The notes under the pieces were generated by a model that was not told where the DNA came from, did not search any database, and was given only the letters and a program-made list of their open reading frames with translations. This document shows positions 39,124 through 53,006 of a stretch of 64,000 bases of DNA, one piece after another. A program made the position numbers and the translations under genes. The DNA comes from Octopus sinensis (taxonomy: Eukaryota), in assembly GCF_006345805.1 (NCBI RefSeq), contig NC_042999.1:85932001-85996000 (forward strand), given 5' to 3'. The first letter of the stretch is position 1; each line of letters starts with the position of its first letter.

Positions 39124-39462
39124 TGACCATCCTGTCTTTTTTTTAATCAACTATTATGTATCTGATACTACAGTAGCTACAGTAGTTTTATATCTGATCC
39201 TTCTTTAAAAGGGTAGGAGTGATTTAAAGGGAAATTTGGTAATTATATCTAGTATTACATGCAGTGAACATATTGATGCTCCTTAGATTCCTTCAGTGTT
39301 TCTAATGACAATCAAGCTAATGAGGGAGACTCTACTTGGTTGCTTGACCTACAATAAAAGCAACCAAATCTCTTTCAGATCACACCCAATAGTCTTAGTA
39401 AAGGAGACATTGATTGATGTGGTTCTGGCTCCATTGTGCCTTTGAGAAAGATGGGATGGTAA
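39124..39462. mobile_element. MITE of a family with TGACCATCC...GGATGGT termini and a TTGGCTGCTATTTC internal motif
   Basis: 16-bp TIRs; related fragments near 2182, 3850, 30922-31070, 31970, 41900-41990. Confidence 0.55.
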
Positions 39463-39602
39463 CAAGTGCAATGCCTGATTGTATGCTCAATTAAGTCTGA
39501 CCAATGGCTAAACAATATTATTGATAAATATTGACCAGCATAGATATATGTAATATGTACACAGTGCAGCTGTGTGGTTAAGAAGTTTACTCCCCATCCA
39601 TA

Positions 39603-40018
39603 GGCGCAGGAGTGGCTGTGTGGTAAGTAATTTGTTTACCAACTACATGGTTCCAGGTTCAGTCCCACTGCGTGGCACCATAGGCAAGTGTCTTCTCCTA
39701 AAGCCTCGGGCCGACCAAAGCCTTGAGAGTGGATTTGGCAGTCGGAAACTGAAAGAAGCCCGTCGTATGTATATATATATATGTGTGTGTGCGTGTATGT
39801 TTGTGTGTCTGTGTTTGTCCCCCTAGCATTGCTTGACAACCGATGCTGGTGTGTTTATGTCCCCGTCACTTAGCGGTTCGGCAAAAGAGACCGATAGAAT
39901 AAGTACTGGACTTACAAAGAATAAGTCCCGGGGTCAAGTTGCTTGACTAAAGGCGGTGCTCCAGCATGGCCGCAGTCAACTGACTGAAACAAGTAAAAGA
40001 GTAAAAGAGAGTAAAGAG
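39603..40018 (+). mobile_element. tRNA-derived bipartite SINE with internal microsatellite; tail duplicated at 40021-40262
   Basis: A-box-like TGGCTGTGTGGTAA and B-box-like GGTTCAGTCCC, then GGCAAGTGTCTTCT core and (GTAAAAGA)n-like tail. Resembles described octopus SINEs; family name not confirmed. Confidence 0.85.
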
Positions 40019-40973
40019 CATATATATATGTGTGTGTGTGTGCGTGTATGTTTGTGTGTCTGCGTTTGTCCCCCTAGCATTGCTTGACAACCGATGCTGG
40101 TGTGTTTATGTCCCCGTAACTTAGTGGTTCGGCAAAAAAAACCGATAGAATAAGTACAGGGCTTACAAAGAATAAGTCCTGGGGTCGAGTTACTTGATTA
40201 AAGGCGGTGCTCCAGCATGGCCGCAGTCAAATGACTAAAACAAGTAAAGGAGTAAAGAGAGTATATGGTTTTGAGTTCAATCCAGTTGCATGGCACCTTG
40301 GGTAAGTGTCTTCTACAGTCACCACAAGCTACAAACCAAAGCCTTGTGAGTGGGTTTCATAGATGGAAACTGAAAGAAGCCTGTCACACACACATATGTA
40401 TATATGTGTGTATGTTTGTGTTTCCTTGTCTTGGCATCATGCAATAATTGTAAGTGAGTGTCATTGCTACACAAGTAGTGCCATTAATTTTCAATGTTTT
40501 GTGAAACACATCTAGTCACAAGGAAATATTACCTTGCTTGGAAACAGGTAAGGGCGGGCAACAGCAAGGACATCCAGCTGTAAAAAAGATATGCCTTAAT
40601 CAGCTCTGACACATGAAAGAATAGAAAAGTGGATGTGTAAACAATGATGGTGATAATAAGAATGGCTCTGTAAGTTTAAGGATAATTTACTATCTTATTA
40701 ATTTAAAATTATTTTTAGTCTTGGGCCAAAATAAGTTTTAAGGTTAAAATAACCTCGAGAACTTGCAACAGCATCAAATAAAAAAGTTGTGAAATCTACC
40801 TAATTGGGTGGATTTTGGTATTTTTCAGCTTCTTTGCATGCTCCAGACAAACTGGTCATTTATCATTCAATCTTTCAATATCCAGAAAAAATCATCTACA
40901 ACTCTAGGAGTTTTAGCATGAGAAAATTTCTTTAATTCTTTAATTCTTCTCTTTGAATAAAGTTTAAAATAAC

Positions 40974-41010
<37 letters not shown>

Positions 41011-41014
<4 letters not shown>

Positions 41015-41307
41015 GACTATCCAGGCGAAGACGACGTATGAGTTTTCAGCTTTTGCCTAACGACCTGCACAAATGGTTTGTTTATAGTGATCAACTGTTC
41101 ATGCTGCACATTAGCTCACTCTCTCCATCAAATTGACGTTGTCTGAAGAGGTGCACTGTGTATCACACATCAGGTGTTGATGTGATCGGAGAGCAACGTG
41201 AGATGAAGTGTATTGCTCAAGAACACAACGCACCACTCGGTCTAGGAATTGAAGTCCCGATCGTTAGATCACGACTAGAACATTATAACTACAAGGCCAT
41301 GCGCCCT

Positions 41308-41310
<3 letters not shown>
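41011..41310 (-). mobile_element. tRNA-derived SINE with TCTTGAGCAATACACTT core
   Basis: Head GGCGCATGGCCTTGTAGTTA...GACTTCAATTCC on the minus strand. Confidence 0.65.
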
Positions 41311-41355
<45 letters not shown>

Positions 41356-41376
41356 GTATATATATATATATGTATG

Positions 41377-41450
<74 letters not shown>

Positions 41451-41500
41451 TGTATATATATATATATATATAAAAAATGTATATATACATATATATATAT
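41311..41500. repeat. Compound (TA)n/(TATG)n microsatellite
   Basis: Directly visible. Confidence 0.95.
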
Positions 41501-41810
41501 AATTCTTATGGACAATGGTGTTATAACATCGATAAATTTAACATTTTTCGTAAGTCAATGTATTTTCGACAACTGTCACGTCTCAAGAGTTGGATTATTC
41601 TAGATTAAGAACATTTCAAATATTAGCATTGTAAATATATCTTTTAAAACACGCATTAAGGTCATCTCTACAGATTTTTCTATGGAAATTATAGCCGGCA
41701 CTGATTTCATTACGATATATAAAAAAATTAATAAAAAAAAAAAAATGCGGTAGATCAAGGGAAATCACTCTAAAAAAATTACCTAGGTTATCTCCCCTTA
41801 AAATGCTTAC

Positions 41811-41880
41811 CGTTACCGCATGACCGAATCTTGAACAGGATCTACGTTCTAGTCGTGATCATTACGTTCCTTTTCTAGAC
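41811..41880 (-). promoter_or_regulatory. Candidate first (non-coding) exon / promoter-proximal region of the kinase gene
   Basis: gtaagc donor at 41810; locally CpG-rich unique sequence (about 6 CpG in 60 nt) in a CpG-poor background. Link to the gene is inferred. Confidence 0.35.
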
Positions 41881-42627
41881 TTACTGTATTACATGAATCT
41901 TTCAATTCTAAGATAGTAGGGTGGGATTTGTGAGAAATTTGGCTGCTGTTTCAAATAGATTGAGCAACCACTAAGACATCATTCCACCGACTTGTTGCTG
42001 TTATAGAAGCTTATATGTCTCAACAGGTTCCTCTACACCCAATCAGCTCTTTTTAAATTCATGAAACAACTTTTTCTTAGATGTTTATGAGTAACCATTT
42101 CAATGCATGAGAAAATAATAGAAAAAAACATGATACACTGGAGATAAAATGAATTGATTTCAAGAAAGTGTTTACAGAAATAATAATCTGTGATAGGGTG
42201 TAGAATAAAACAAAAACTGAATAAAAGAACACACTAATGTCAAAGACAAAGTGTTGAATGCAAGATCACCAAAGCTGTTAGAAGACTACAGGATCAAAAG
42301 TAGGGAAGTCAAACACAATGCAAGAATGAAGGAGGCTTTATTAAAGTTATAGGAAAGGAAACTATACAAAGGGAAAGGTGAACTAGTTGGTATCTACAGG
42401 ATTAAATTTTATCAACAGAAAGCTATGATCCACTTTCTGAAAGGTTGCTAAATCAGTCTGATATTTCTGCAGATCTAATTCCAGTCCAGCAGTTTTTGAT
42501 GGAGGTCAGTTAAAATGGTAAGGAGTGGTCAAAATGTTATTGATTATCTAGCTTTGGATGCTGATGATTTGTCATGAATTACTGGAAATTTAATCTATTT
42601 TGGTGACACTGTATATTAGCACTGGAG

Positions 42628-42954
<327 letters not shown>

Positions 42955-44029
42955 TTAAAATGTCTAATGCTAGCATTGAATCAGCAATAAAAAAGGCTCT
43001 GTCAAAAGGTCTCATACCAATCTAATATTGCTTTAATCAGAATACCTACACCTATTTGAAGAAAAGTTTTAGAAACTCAGCAGATATCAAACATATTGGC
43101 TAGCACAAAAACAATTAAAAGACCAAAATTATAAACATTGACACAAGGAAATCAAGGATTGGTGCATATTAAAACTTTTATTTATCTTAGGTATGTCAGA
43201 AAAAAAAAAAAAGAAGAAACTATTGAATAAAACTAGAGGTACATTCTATATAGAAACCCATGCATTTCAGTCAAAAAACATAGATCAAACAGTATTGTGA
43301 AGCTATTGTTCATAATGTTTGTCTGAATTCCATTGAGGACCTGTACTAGAAAACAGGTTAACATTTCCCTGAACATTAATAAACACAGGAGAAGATGGGT
43401 GAGACAAGCTTTTAAAAGCTACAACAGAATAATCAAAGAATTTCTAAGATGGACACCATCAAGAAGATAAAAGAGACGTTGATCAAACACAATATGGTAT
43501 GATACTATGAATATCAGACAGGAGGAGTTGAAACTTTCATGAAGCAATGTCCAAGCAGCTACATGGAATGTGAAAAGGTGATGGTGGTCTTAGCCATAAC
43601 TGACATAGTAATTAATAACATCAGGGATTGATTTTTTAAATTTTAACTTATCTTAATGAATGGACACAAATATTTGGCATTATGGTGAGTACTCATCATC
43701 ATCCTATCTTTTTATGTGTACATAGGTCTACATTATTTAATCTAAATGATTAAATCATATTTCAGAATGTCAATGAACCAAAAGTCAACTTTTAACCTCT
43801 TCACATATTATCCTGTATCCAGTAACTTCATAATGAATCATAACCGATCCAAAATAATTTGTCTACTTATTCTTCCTTGTATACAGATTCAAAATAAATA
43901 ATAGAAAAATGTCCTTTGCATGGAAATTCATAATAAATAGGTATGTTAAGAAGTAAAATAGAAATCCAAAATAATCTACTTAATTTCTGTATATGTGATA
44001 CTACAAACAAATGTATTTATTTGCATTTC

Positions 44030-44077
<48 letters not shown>

Positions 44078-45616
44078 TATATACACACATACCTAAAGTG
44101 TAATATGAAAAGTTCGGTTGTACTTTGTCAGCAGTTAGTACATTAGCATACAATTAATTTCCTCTTTCATTTAATTTGTCATCGACACTTGCTGCATGTT
44201 ACGATAGGTGCTGTTTAAACTATTATCAATATATAAATAATTATATCTAATGTTATTACGAATACCATTGTTATGTGTTTGCTATGACTTTTTATAACTG
44301 TTATTGGCAGGATCTGGTTGGTGCAGGGGAAATTATTTCTGGTACATGAAATATATAAGCAATGGGAGAGGGTGACACAGCCACATTATCGTCATTATTT
44401 TTATTCTGCTGCTCTTCACCCACCCCTGTCAGTCGCTGCCTCTCCTTTACTTTTCCTCCAGACTCATGTATCATTGGTCATTCCTGAACCCTACAAATCT
44501 CTACAGCTGTTACCTAGATTCCCCTCTTTCCTACTTATCATTCCTCAACACAAGTTCATTATATTTTTCTAACCATCTCTTACTCTCCCATATTCCTTGC
44601 AGCCTCTGCCCACACACATCTTTTGTTCCAGACATTACCATCTAGTTGTAATATTCATCATCATCATCATTTAACGTCCGTTTTCCATGCTAGTGTGGGT
44701 TGGACAGTTCGACCAGGGTCTAAGAAGCCAGGAGGCTGCACTAGGCTCCAGTCTGATCAGGAAGTGTTTCTACAGCTGGATGCCCTTCCTAACGCCAACC
44801 ACTCTGTGAGTGTAGTGGGTGCTTTTTACGTGCCACTGGCACAGGGGCCAGAGGAGGCTGGCAAATTGTAGAGGATTATTAAAATACAAGAAAAAACATT
44901 TATTTAAGAAATATAAATACATTTATTCTCATGGCAGCTTATATACAGAAATTCAGTATATTTCATTGCTTCATTTTTATATTTTACTTTCATTTCTATG
45001 GTACTCTTGCTTAAGTGATGCTTGTGGTCATTATTTTAGTGAATAAACTTTTCCAATAAAATAATGTAGGGAGATGAAACAATGAAATTACAACCACAGG
45101 TGCAATAGATGGGGTATGATTAGGTTTGATTAAGAAACCAACATTATAATTCTGGTTATTGCCTCAGATAGGATAGTTTTTTATATTTGTGTGTGTGTGT
45201 GTGTGTGTGTGTGTGAGTGATTTGTTTTTGTGTCTGTTTTCCATGCTAGTAGGAGTCAGAGAAATACATATTGATGTATTACTTTATAGCCAGAATGTCT
45301 TTACTGTTGCCAACCCTTATCTGTTTTTTAAGTAAGGGATTGTTTTGTCTAATCCTCTCTCAAATTGCAAACCAAGAAGAGGACATTTGATGGAATGTCA
45401 ATAAACATCATTGATTTTTTCTGCCTCAAAAGTTTGATATAATATTCAGAGTGTATGAATATATAATACACACACACACATCAATGGCATGGTGAAGATG
45501 CAGGCATAGGTGTGTGGTTAAGAAGTTTGCTTTACAACCTTCAGGCCTCAGTTCCATTGTATAGCACCTTGGGTGTTTTCTGTATTAGCTCCAGGCTGAC
45601 CACAGACTTGTGAATG

Positions 45617-45621
<5 letters not shown>

Positions 45622-45713
<92 letters not shown>

Positions 45714-45720
45714 GAGAGAG
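45622..45720. repeat. (GA)n microsatellite
   Basis: Directly visible. Confidence 0.97.
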
Positions 45721-45889
45721 ATTGAAAGAAACCTGTCATATATTTATATATGTACATACATGGCTTAGATGACTAAAACGCTGAAGCCACTGTCAATAAT
45801 ATTCTTAATTGAGAATAATAAATTTGTACTCTACAGAAGTATAAAGTAATCCTTGAGATTAATGTCAAAACAAACATTAATATATAAGC

Positions 45890-45921
<32 letters not shown>

Positions 45922-45942
45922 CACACGCACATACACACATAC

Positions 45943-46915
45943 ATTATAGTCCTCCAGGCTATAACAGAGGAATTCAAAACTGGATGCACATGGGAACTGC
46001 TATATATTGATGACCTTGCACTTATTGCAGAATCTTTAGCACAGTTGGGGAAGAAATTCCAGGTATGGAAGCAAAACCTGAAATCAAAGGAGGGCCTTAA
46101 AGTTAACCTTGCAAAGACCAAAGATGTTGTTAGTAAGAAAGAAGATACAACTCTCTTTCTGTCATCTAAATGGCCATGCTCAATAGGAAAGGAGTTGGAG
46201 AATTTCCATTCACTGCACCCAGTGTAAGCTATTGTCACATAAGAGGTGCAGTGGAATCACAGGTAGATTAACAGATAAAGTTGTCTTTGTATGTGGCAGA
46301 TGTGCAAGAACAATAAACTCTAAGAGCACACAGGAGTTAGATCTCTCAAAAGCCCAGGAGGCTCTCTTGAGGTTGTAGATAGTTTCTGTTACCTAGGTGA
46401 CCAAATTAGCAATAGTGGCGGATGCTCTGAAAGTATTGTTTCTAGAAGAAGAATAGGGTAGTGGAAGTTCAGAGAGCTGTCACCTCTGTTGGCAACAAAA
46501 GGACTCCCTGTCTGAGTGAAAGATAGACTATATGATGCTTGTGTGCAAACGGATATGCTCCATAGTAGTGAGACATGAACTCTGAATGCAGAAGACATAC
46601 ATAGACTTGAGAGAAATGAAGGCAATACGCTCCATTGGATGTGCAACATCAGTGCACATATATGACAAAGTGCAAATGTGTTGAGAGAAAAGTTGGGCAT
46701 AAGAAGAATCAAATGAAGCATGCAAGAAAGAAGACTACTTTGGTTTGGACATGTGATGCATACCAATCACTGAAAGTGGACAGTACCTGTGGAAGAGGGG
46801 GACCCAGGAAGACATGGGATGAAGTGGTAAGGACTGATCTCAAGATGTTGGGCCCCACAGAAGAAATGACAATGGACTGAGATGTCTGGCAATGAGGTTC
46901 TTGAGAAGACCCACC
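45943..46915 (+). mobile_element. Older degenerate RTE LINE fragment
   Basis: IIVLQAITEEFKTGCTWELLYIDD, decayed finger, GRGGPRKTWDEVV; stops and frameshifts; starts in a (CA)n tract. Confidence 0.85.
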
Positions 46916-47470
46916 CACATCAGAGAAAATAAGTTCTAGAGGTGCTGCGTGTTCCACCCACACATAACAAGAAAACATTTCACACACCCTACCCCAACAA
47001 ATTAAACTACATCTCTACATCTCTTCTCATCCTCACATTTCCTCCTTCATGCACTATGTTTACCTCCCACTCCTCAATCCTGTCCTCATGACCCTCTGTT
47101 TCTCTATCATTGCTGTCCAGTAGTTCTCCCACCACTCTATACACCCAGGTTTTTCACCACTCACTGCATTCCCCCCCCCCCACTCTCTAATCATACTTCT
47201 TTGGCAATGTCCTGCCACACATTATGGCCTTTGAGCCTCAAGGGTGTGCCTTGGCACTCAGTCCACTCTGCTGGGTCATTGGTGTTAGGAAGGGCATCCA
47301 GTTGTAAAAATCCTGCCAAAACAGACACCAGCATGAGTGCATTTTACATGGTACCAGCACTTGTAAAGGACAAGTCTGTATGTATGGATGACTGTGATTT
47401 TAATTAGCTGACCATGATTTTACTTAGCTTCACTGGAATGAAAGCTCTAAGCAGTGATGTTTATAAATAG

Positions 47471-47616
47471 AAACTTGTTACCAGTTCAAATATGCGTCAA
47501 GCATATTTGAACTGATTTGGTCTACAGCAAGAAATTTTCTCCATGACAAAATACGATAAATGGCTCCCTTATGGATTTGAATATGCTTCAAACATATTTG
47601 AAATGGTAACAAGTTT
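47471..47616. mobile_element. Small MITE with 24-bp TIRs and an internal hairpin
   Basis: aaacttgttaccagttcaaatatg versus catatttgaaatggtaacaagttt (1 mismatch); partial related copy at about 48930-49018. Confidence 0.6.
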
Positions 47617-47625
47617 GTATATATA

Positions 47626-48280
47626 CTGTAAATCCTCGAGTATAATACACAGGGGATTTTTAGTGGGTTGTACCTCTGAAAAACCTAAACCTTGTGTATA
47701 ATACACACCCCTTCTCTAACTTGAGTCAAGGAGGTCTATATAATGTCCCTTGTTTGTAAAAATGTATACGGTAACGTCCTTTAGTATTATTGTATATATA
47801 ACACAATGCAAATGTGTAGCTTTTTTGTGCATTTTGTTTGCAGAAAATAAAGAAATAACAGTAATAATGTTTAATAAATGTTGCTTACTGCAAGTTATGG
47901 ATGATTCTTTTATGATTTCATTGCTTTCAGGCTTAGCTTAAGGTATTTTCACGCCCGACATCAGAAAATGCGTCTGAATAAACATTGCCGGACAGCAAAT
48001 AGAGACTCGGACATTGCTTAGAAAATAATTTTCATTTTTAACCTCGTATATAGTACGCACTAGGGATTTGCATTGCCCGCAGTGCTTTGACCAGAACTGT
48101 CATCGGTGGTTTAGATAGAATACGTTCATAAAGAATTAAATTCTGACAGATTCTTTCAACTTTCGAAAATGACATTTATTTAATATATTATAATGAACAC
48201 TACTGATCTTATTTCGTTTTTGGATTTGGTTTCAAAGATTCTTTGGGAAAAAAATGTGGATTATACTCGAGGATTTACAG
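47626..48280 (+). mobile_element. Tc2/pogo-like MITE, copy 1
   Basis: TIR CTGTAAATCCTCGAGTATAA at both ends; TA TSD at 47624-25 and 48281-82. Confidence 0.85.
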
Positions 48281-48512
48281 TACACATCTCTGCTTAGTGC
48301 TTTCATTCTGAATTTTTATTTACAGTGAGCCACCGATTAGTGTAACCAATTATAGCACAATGATGGGAATACAAGCCAAACCTGTCTCTTTTGTTAGTTT
48401 GCAGTGTCTGCCTTTCCATTTCCTTGTGCTGAAGAAGAGATAACTACCCCAAAATGCATGCATCCACCAGTCTGGTTAGGAAACACTGTGAACTGACTCG
48501 TTCTATTTACAC

Positions 48513-48919
48513 CTCTTCACTCTTTTACTCTTTTACTTGTTTCAGTCATTTGACTGCAGCCATGCTGGAGCACCGCCTTTAGTTGAGCAAATCGACCCCG
48601 GGACTTATTCTTTGTAAGCCCAGTACTTATTCTTTCAGTCTCTTTTTGCCGAACTGCTAAGTGACGGGGACGTAAACACACCAGCATCGGTTGTCAAGCA
48701 ATGCTATGGGGACAAACACAGACATATACACATACATACATATATATATATACATATATACGACAGGCTTCTTTCAGTTTCCGTCTACCAAATCCACTCA
48801 CAAAGCATTGGTCGGCCCGAGGCTATAGCAGAAGACACTTGCCCAAGATGCCACGCAGTGGGACTGAACCCGGAACCATGTGGTTGATAAGCAAGCTACT
48901 TACCACACAGCCACTCCTG
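48513..48919 (-). mobile_element. Bipartite tRNA-SINE copy
   Basis: Reverse complement of the 39603-40018 family, well preserved. Confidence 0.85.
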
Positions 48920-51237
48920 TCTGTCTTTAGTGAGAAATTCTCTCCATGACAAAATACAGTGAATGACATTCTTACAGGTTTAAATGTCTCACGCATATTT
49001 GAACTGGTAACAAGTTTGTGCATATATATATATATATTAACTTTTACTTGTTTCAGTCATTAGACTGCAGCCATGCTAGGGCACTGCTTTGAGGAAATTT
49101 TAGTCAAATGAATCGTCCCCAGTACTTACTTTATAAATCTCTTTTACCTAACTAAGTTACAGGGACATAAACACACCAACATTGGTTGTTAAGCGGCGGA
49201 GAGAGAAAACAGACAGACACACACACATGATAGGCTTCTTTCAGTTTCCGTCTACTAAATCCACTCACAAGGCTTTGGTTAGCCTAAGGCTACAGTAGAA
49301 GACATTTGCCCCAAGTGCCATGCAGTGGTACTGAACCCAAAGCCAGGTTTCTTACCATATTGTAGGGAAGCAAATGCGTATATCAAATGATATCATCAAA
49401 ATTTTATATACTATAAGACTACTGCCAGTAGTTTTATAGTATGCTCATTTACCATCTCGAATATTTCCATGCATCCACGCTCTATTACTCAATAGCTGGT
49501 GACCCATATTCTACGTCTATCCGTCCATTTTGACAAGATTTATTTTTCTTCCTGCAGGGGCTTTTGGTGAGTGTTTAGTTAATTAGGGAGGGAGAGGGAG
49601 TGAGAGAGAGAGAGAGAGAGAACAAATACAAATATACCGTTTTAATTAGAAAAGGTGCAGGGACAAACTATTGCTATGACAGAAAGAGGGGAAAACAAGA
49701 TTGAGTGTTTGTCCAACTCTATTTTTCTTCAATAAAGATATTCTTTTCTACATTTCAAACAACTCAAATTTCTGGCAAAATTCCCACTTTCATTTTTCAT
49801 ACGGTTGTGCAAATCGCAGCTCTTCCAACGATGAACTGATTTAATTAATTTAATTTTCGTGTCGTGTGTGACGGGGGAAGGGCGTAAGAAATTTGAAACC
49901 TGTAATTTTGAAAAGAATTCCAATCTTAAGCGTAAGTGTTTCTGAATGTGTGGTATTATAAAATGACGAAAAATGCCAGAACAACAACAAAAAATTATCC
50001 ATTCTTCCGAAGGTTCGATAAGAGATGGGGTGGGTGGGTGTCAAGATGTTTGAAGAACATGAACTTTCGAACACAAGGTGGAGTTTTGGAAAAGTTGTCT
50101 CGCAAAATTCTGTATGTTGCGAAAGTGTCTGAGAATGTGTAGGAGTAAAAAAAAAATGTAAATATGAAATTTAAATTTAAAAAATGTATTTTTAGAACCG
50201 GAATTTCCATTGCATGAAATAGAGCGATACATAAATATGAAGTAAATAAGCAACACATACTTTCCTATGAGATATCTGCGACTTCAAAGATTATAAACTT
50301 GTAGGAAGAAATTAACTACTGTTGGATTATATAACGGATAACAACTGAGAGTGATCAATGGCAAATATAGGAAATACAATAAATTTTCTGCGAAATAGTT
50401 TCACTTTCACGATGATCCTGAAATTTAAAAGCGCCTTAGAATAAATTCTAAGATGCTTTTAGCGTTATGTAAAGGAAGAGTTTTCAATTGCATTATTAAA
50501 TTTGTTTAATTTATTTAAAGAATATTCGTGTCAAAGTGTTTAAAAGTTACCTGTCTTTTTGACTGCCGGGAACCGTGCGATTGCGAGTCCATATTTTTTT
50601 ACAAACGAATGTGGGAAGTGAAAACAAACAGTAGGAATGTGCTAAGGGGAAGTAACTATCAATTCCAAATCTATTCTTCAGTGTTTGTCCGATAATGCAA
50701 GTGCTTTGGTTTGGCTGCTGCTACGTAAACTTTTCATTGTTATTTATGCATATGATGCAATTGCACACGAAATTACGATAGTTTACTTTCGGGGGTTTTC
50801 CAAAAATATTTTGAATTTCCTTTTGGCGGGCTGCAGTTAATTACTGAGCACCGGTTTTAAGATAGAGAGAGAGAGAGAGAGAGAAAGAAAGAAATACAGA
50901 GAATCTTCTAGAACATTCCCAGGAGAAACGAATGTTCTTTAGCACTGCTGGTGGTGGGGTACGATACGTCGGAAGAAGTCAAATCATCGCGGTAAACTGC
51001 AACAGACCATTTGATACTTTTTAAACCTTGAAATATTTCATTTTTGGTTTACTACTACTACTACTACTACTACTACTACAAACATGCCACCTCCGATGAA
51101 TTTGTTTCCTCATAACTTCCAGAAAAATAGATGTTTTTCTTTTAAATGTTCAATATATACCTTTTAGATGATGTAGATTACGATTATATCGGAATTTAAT
51201 ATGGAGAAGAAAAAAAAAAGATGCGTTCGCACACATA

Positions 51238-51746
51238 CCATAAATCCTCGAGTATAATCCGCACTCCCGCCCCAAATTTAAAGGTCAAAATCCCTAGTGC
51301 GTACTATATACGAGGTTAAAAATGAAAATTATTTTCTAAGTAATGTCCGAGTCTCTATTTGCAGTCCGGCAATGTTTATTCAGATGCATTTTCTGATGTT
51401 GGGTGCGAAAATACCTTAAGCTAAGCCTGAAAGCAATGAAGTCATAAAAGAATCATCCATAACTTGCAGTTAGCAACATTTATTAAACATTATTACTGTT
51501 ATTTCTTTATTTTCTGCAAACAAAATGCACAAATAAGCTACACGTTCGCATTGTGTTATATATACAATAATAATAAAAGACGTTACCGTAGACATTTTTA
51601 CAAACCAAGGACGTTATATAGACCTCCTTGACTCAAGTTAGAGAAGGGGTGCGCATTATACACAAGGTTTAGGTTTTTCAGAGGTACAGCCCTCTAAAAT
51701 CCCTGCGTATTATACTCAAGGGCGGACTATACTCGAGGATTTACGG
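51238..51746 (-). mobile_element. Tc2/pogo-like MITE, copy 2, inverted relative to copy 1
   Basis: Same TIRs and TA TSD; interior is the reverse complement of about 47650-48060. Confidence 0.85.
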
Positions 51747-52256
51747 TACATATACTAACAAACATCACAAAATGAAACTTGAAATTTCGAAAAAAATTAT
51801 GACGTGTGTCAGTATGTATGTGTGCGAGGCCGTCAGTATTTTTTTTCACATTATATTCCGATATCATTGTAATCTACAACATCTGAAAGATATTTGTAGC
51901 AAAATTCATAAAAGGATATTCATTTTTCTGAAAGTTATGAGGAAACAAAGTCGACTTTTGTGACCTTTCAGAAACTCCTCTGTCCACCCTCGGAAAAAAA
52001 CTTTTTTATGACAAATTCCGATATAATCAGAATCTGCACCAGCTGAAGCATACTTGTAAAAATTTCATTTAGAAATATCAATTTTTCTGGACGTTGTGAG
52101 GAAACAAAGTCGGAAGGGTGGGTGGGTCACATACGTGTGTAGATATGCCTTGTTTTTTCCCCGAAGAGTTTGTAAGAATTCATAGAAATATTTATCAAAT
52201 GGCAACCTTGACCTCCAACTTAATTTTGATATTGCGTTATTTGCCTTGAGAAGATC

Positions 52257-52748
<492 letters not shown>

Positions 52749-52816
52749 TTTTTATAAATAAGGATAAGATCGTTATTTAAATATCGAACTTATCAAAGGT
52801 AATAATTATTATTAAA

Positions 52817-53006
52817 ATTATAATTAAGGGTATCTAAGAGATACCACATGCTTGAAATAGCAGCCAAAACCTGACTCTAAAACCACATTAAAAGTTCATA
52901 CAGCACCAGGAGAGAAGCAGACAAAATAAACTGGTAAAAAAAAACAGTCAGGTCTTGGCTGCTATTTCAAGCGTGGTGGTATCTCTTAGATACCATAAAT
53001 TATAAT
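52817..53006. repeat. Foldback element with about 60-bp inverted arms
   Basis: 52817-52876 pairs with 52946-53006. Confidence 0.8.

Noticed and set aside
39603-39680. tRNA-like sequences at SINE heads (also 6779, 36877, 41300)
   Set aside because: They have A/B-box-like motifs but no complete cloverleaf or acceptor stem, and they continue into SINE bodies; not called as tRNA genes.
41267-41860. Exact 15-bp inverted match GATCACGACTAGAAC / GTTCTAGTCGTGATC between a SINE head and the candidate first exon
   Set aside because: A few 15-mer matches are expected by chance in a 64-kb self-comparison, and the match does not extend.
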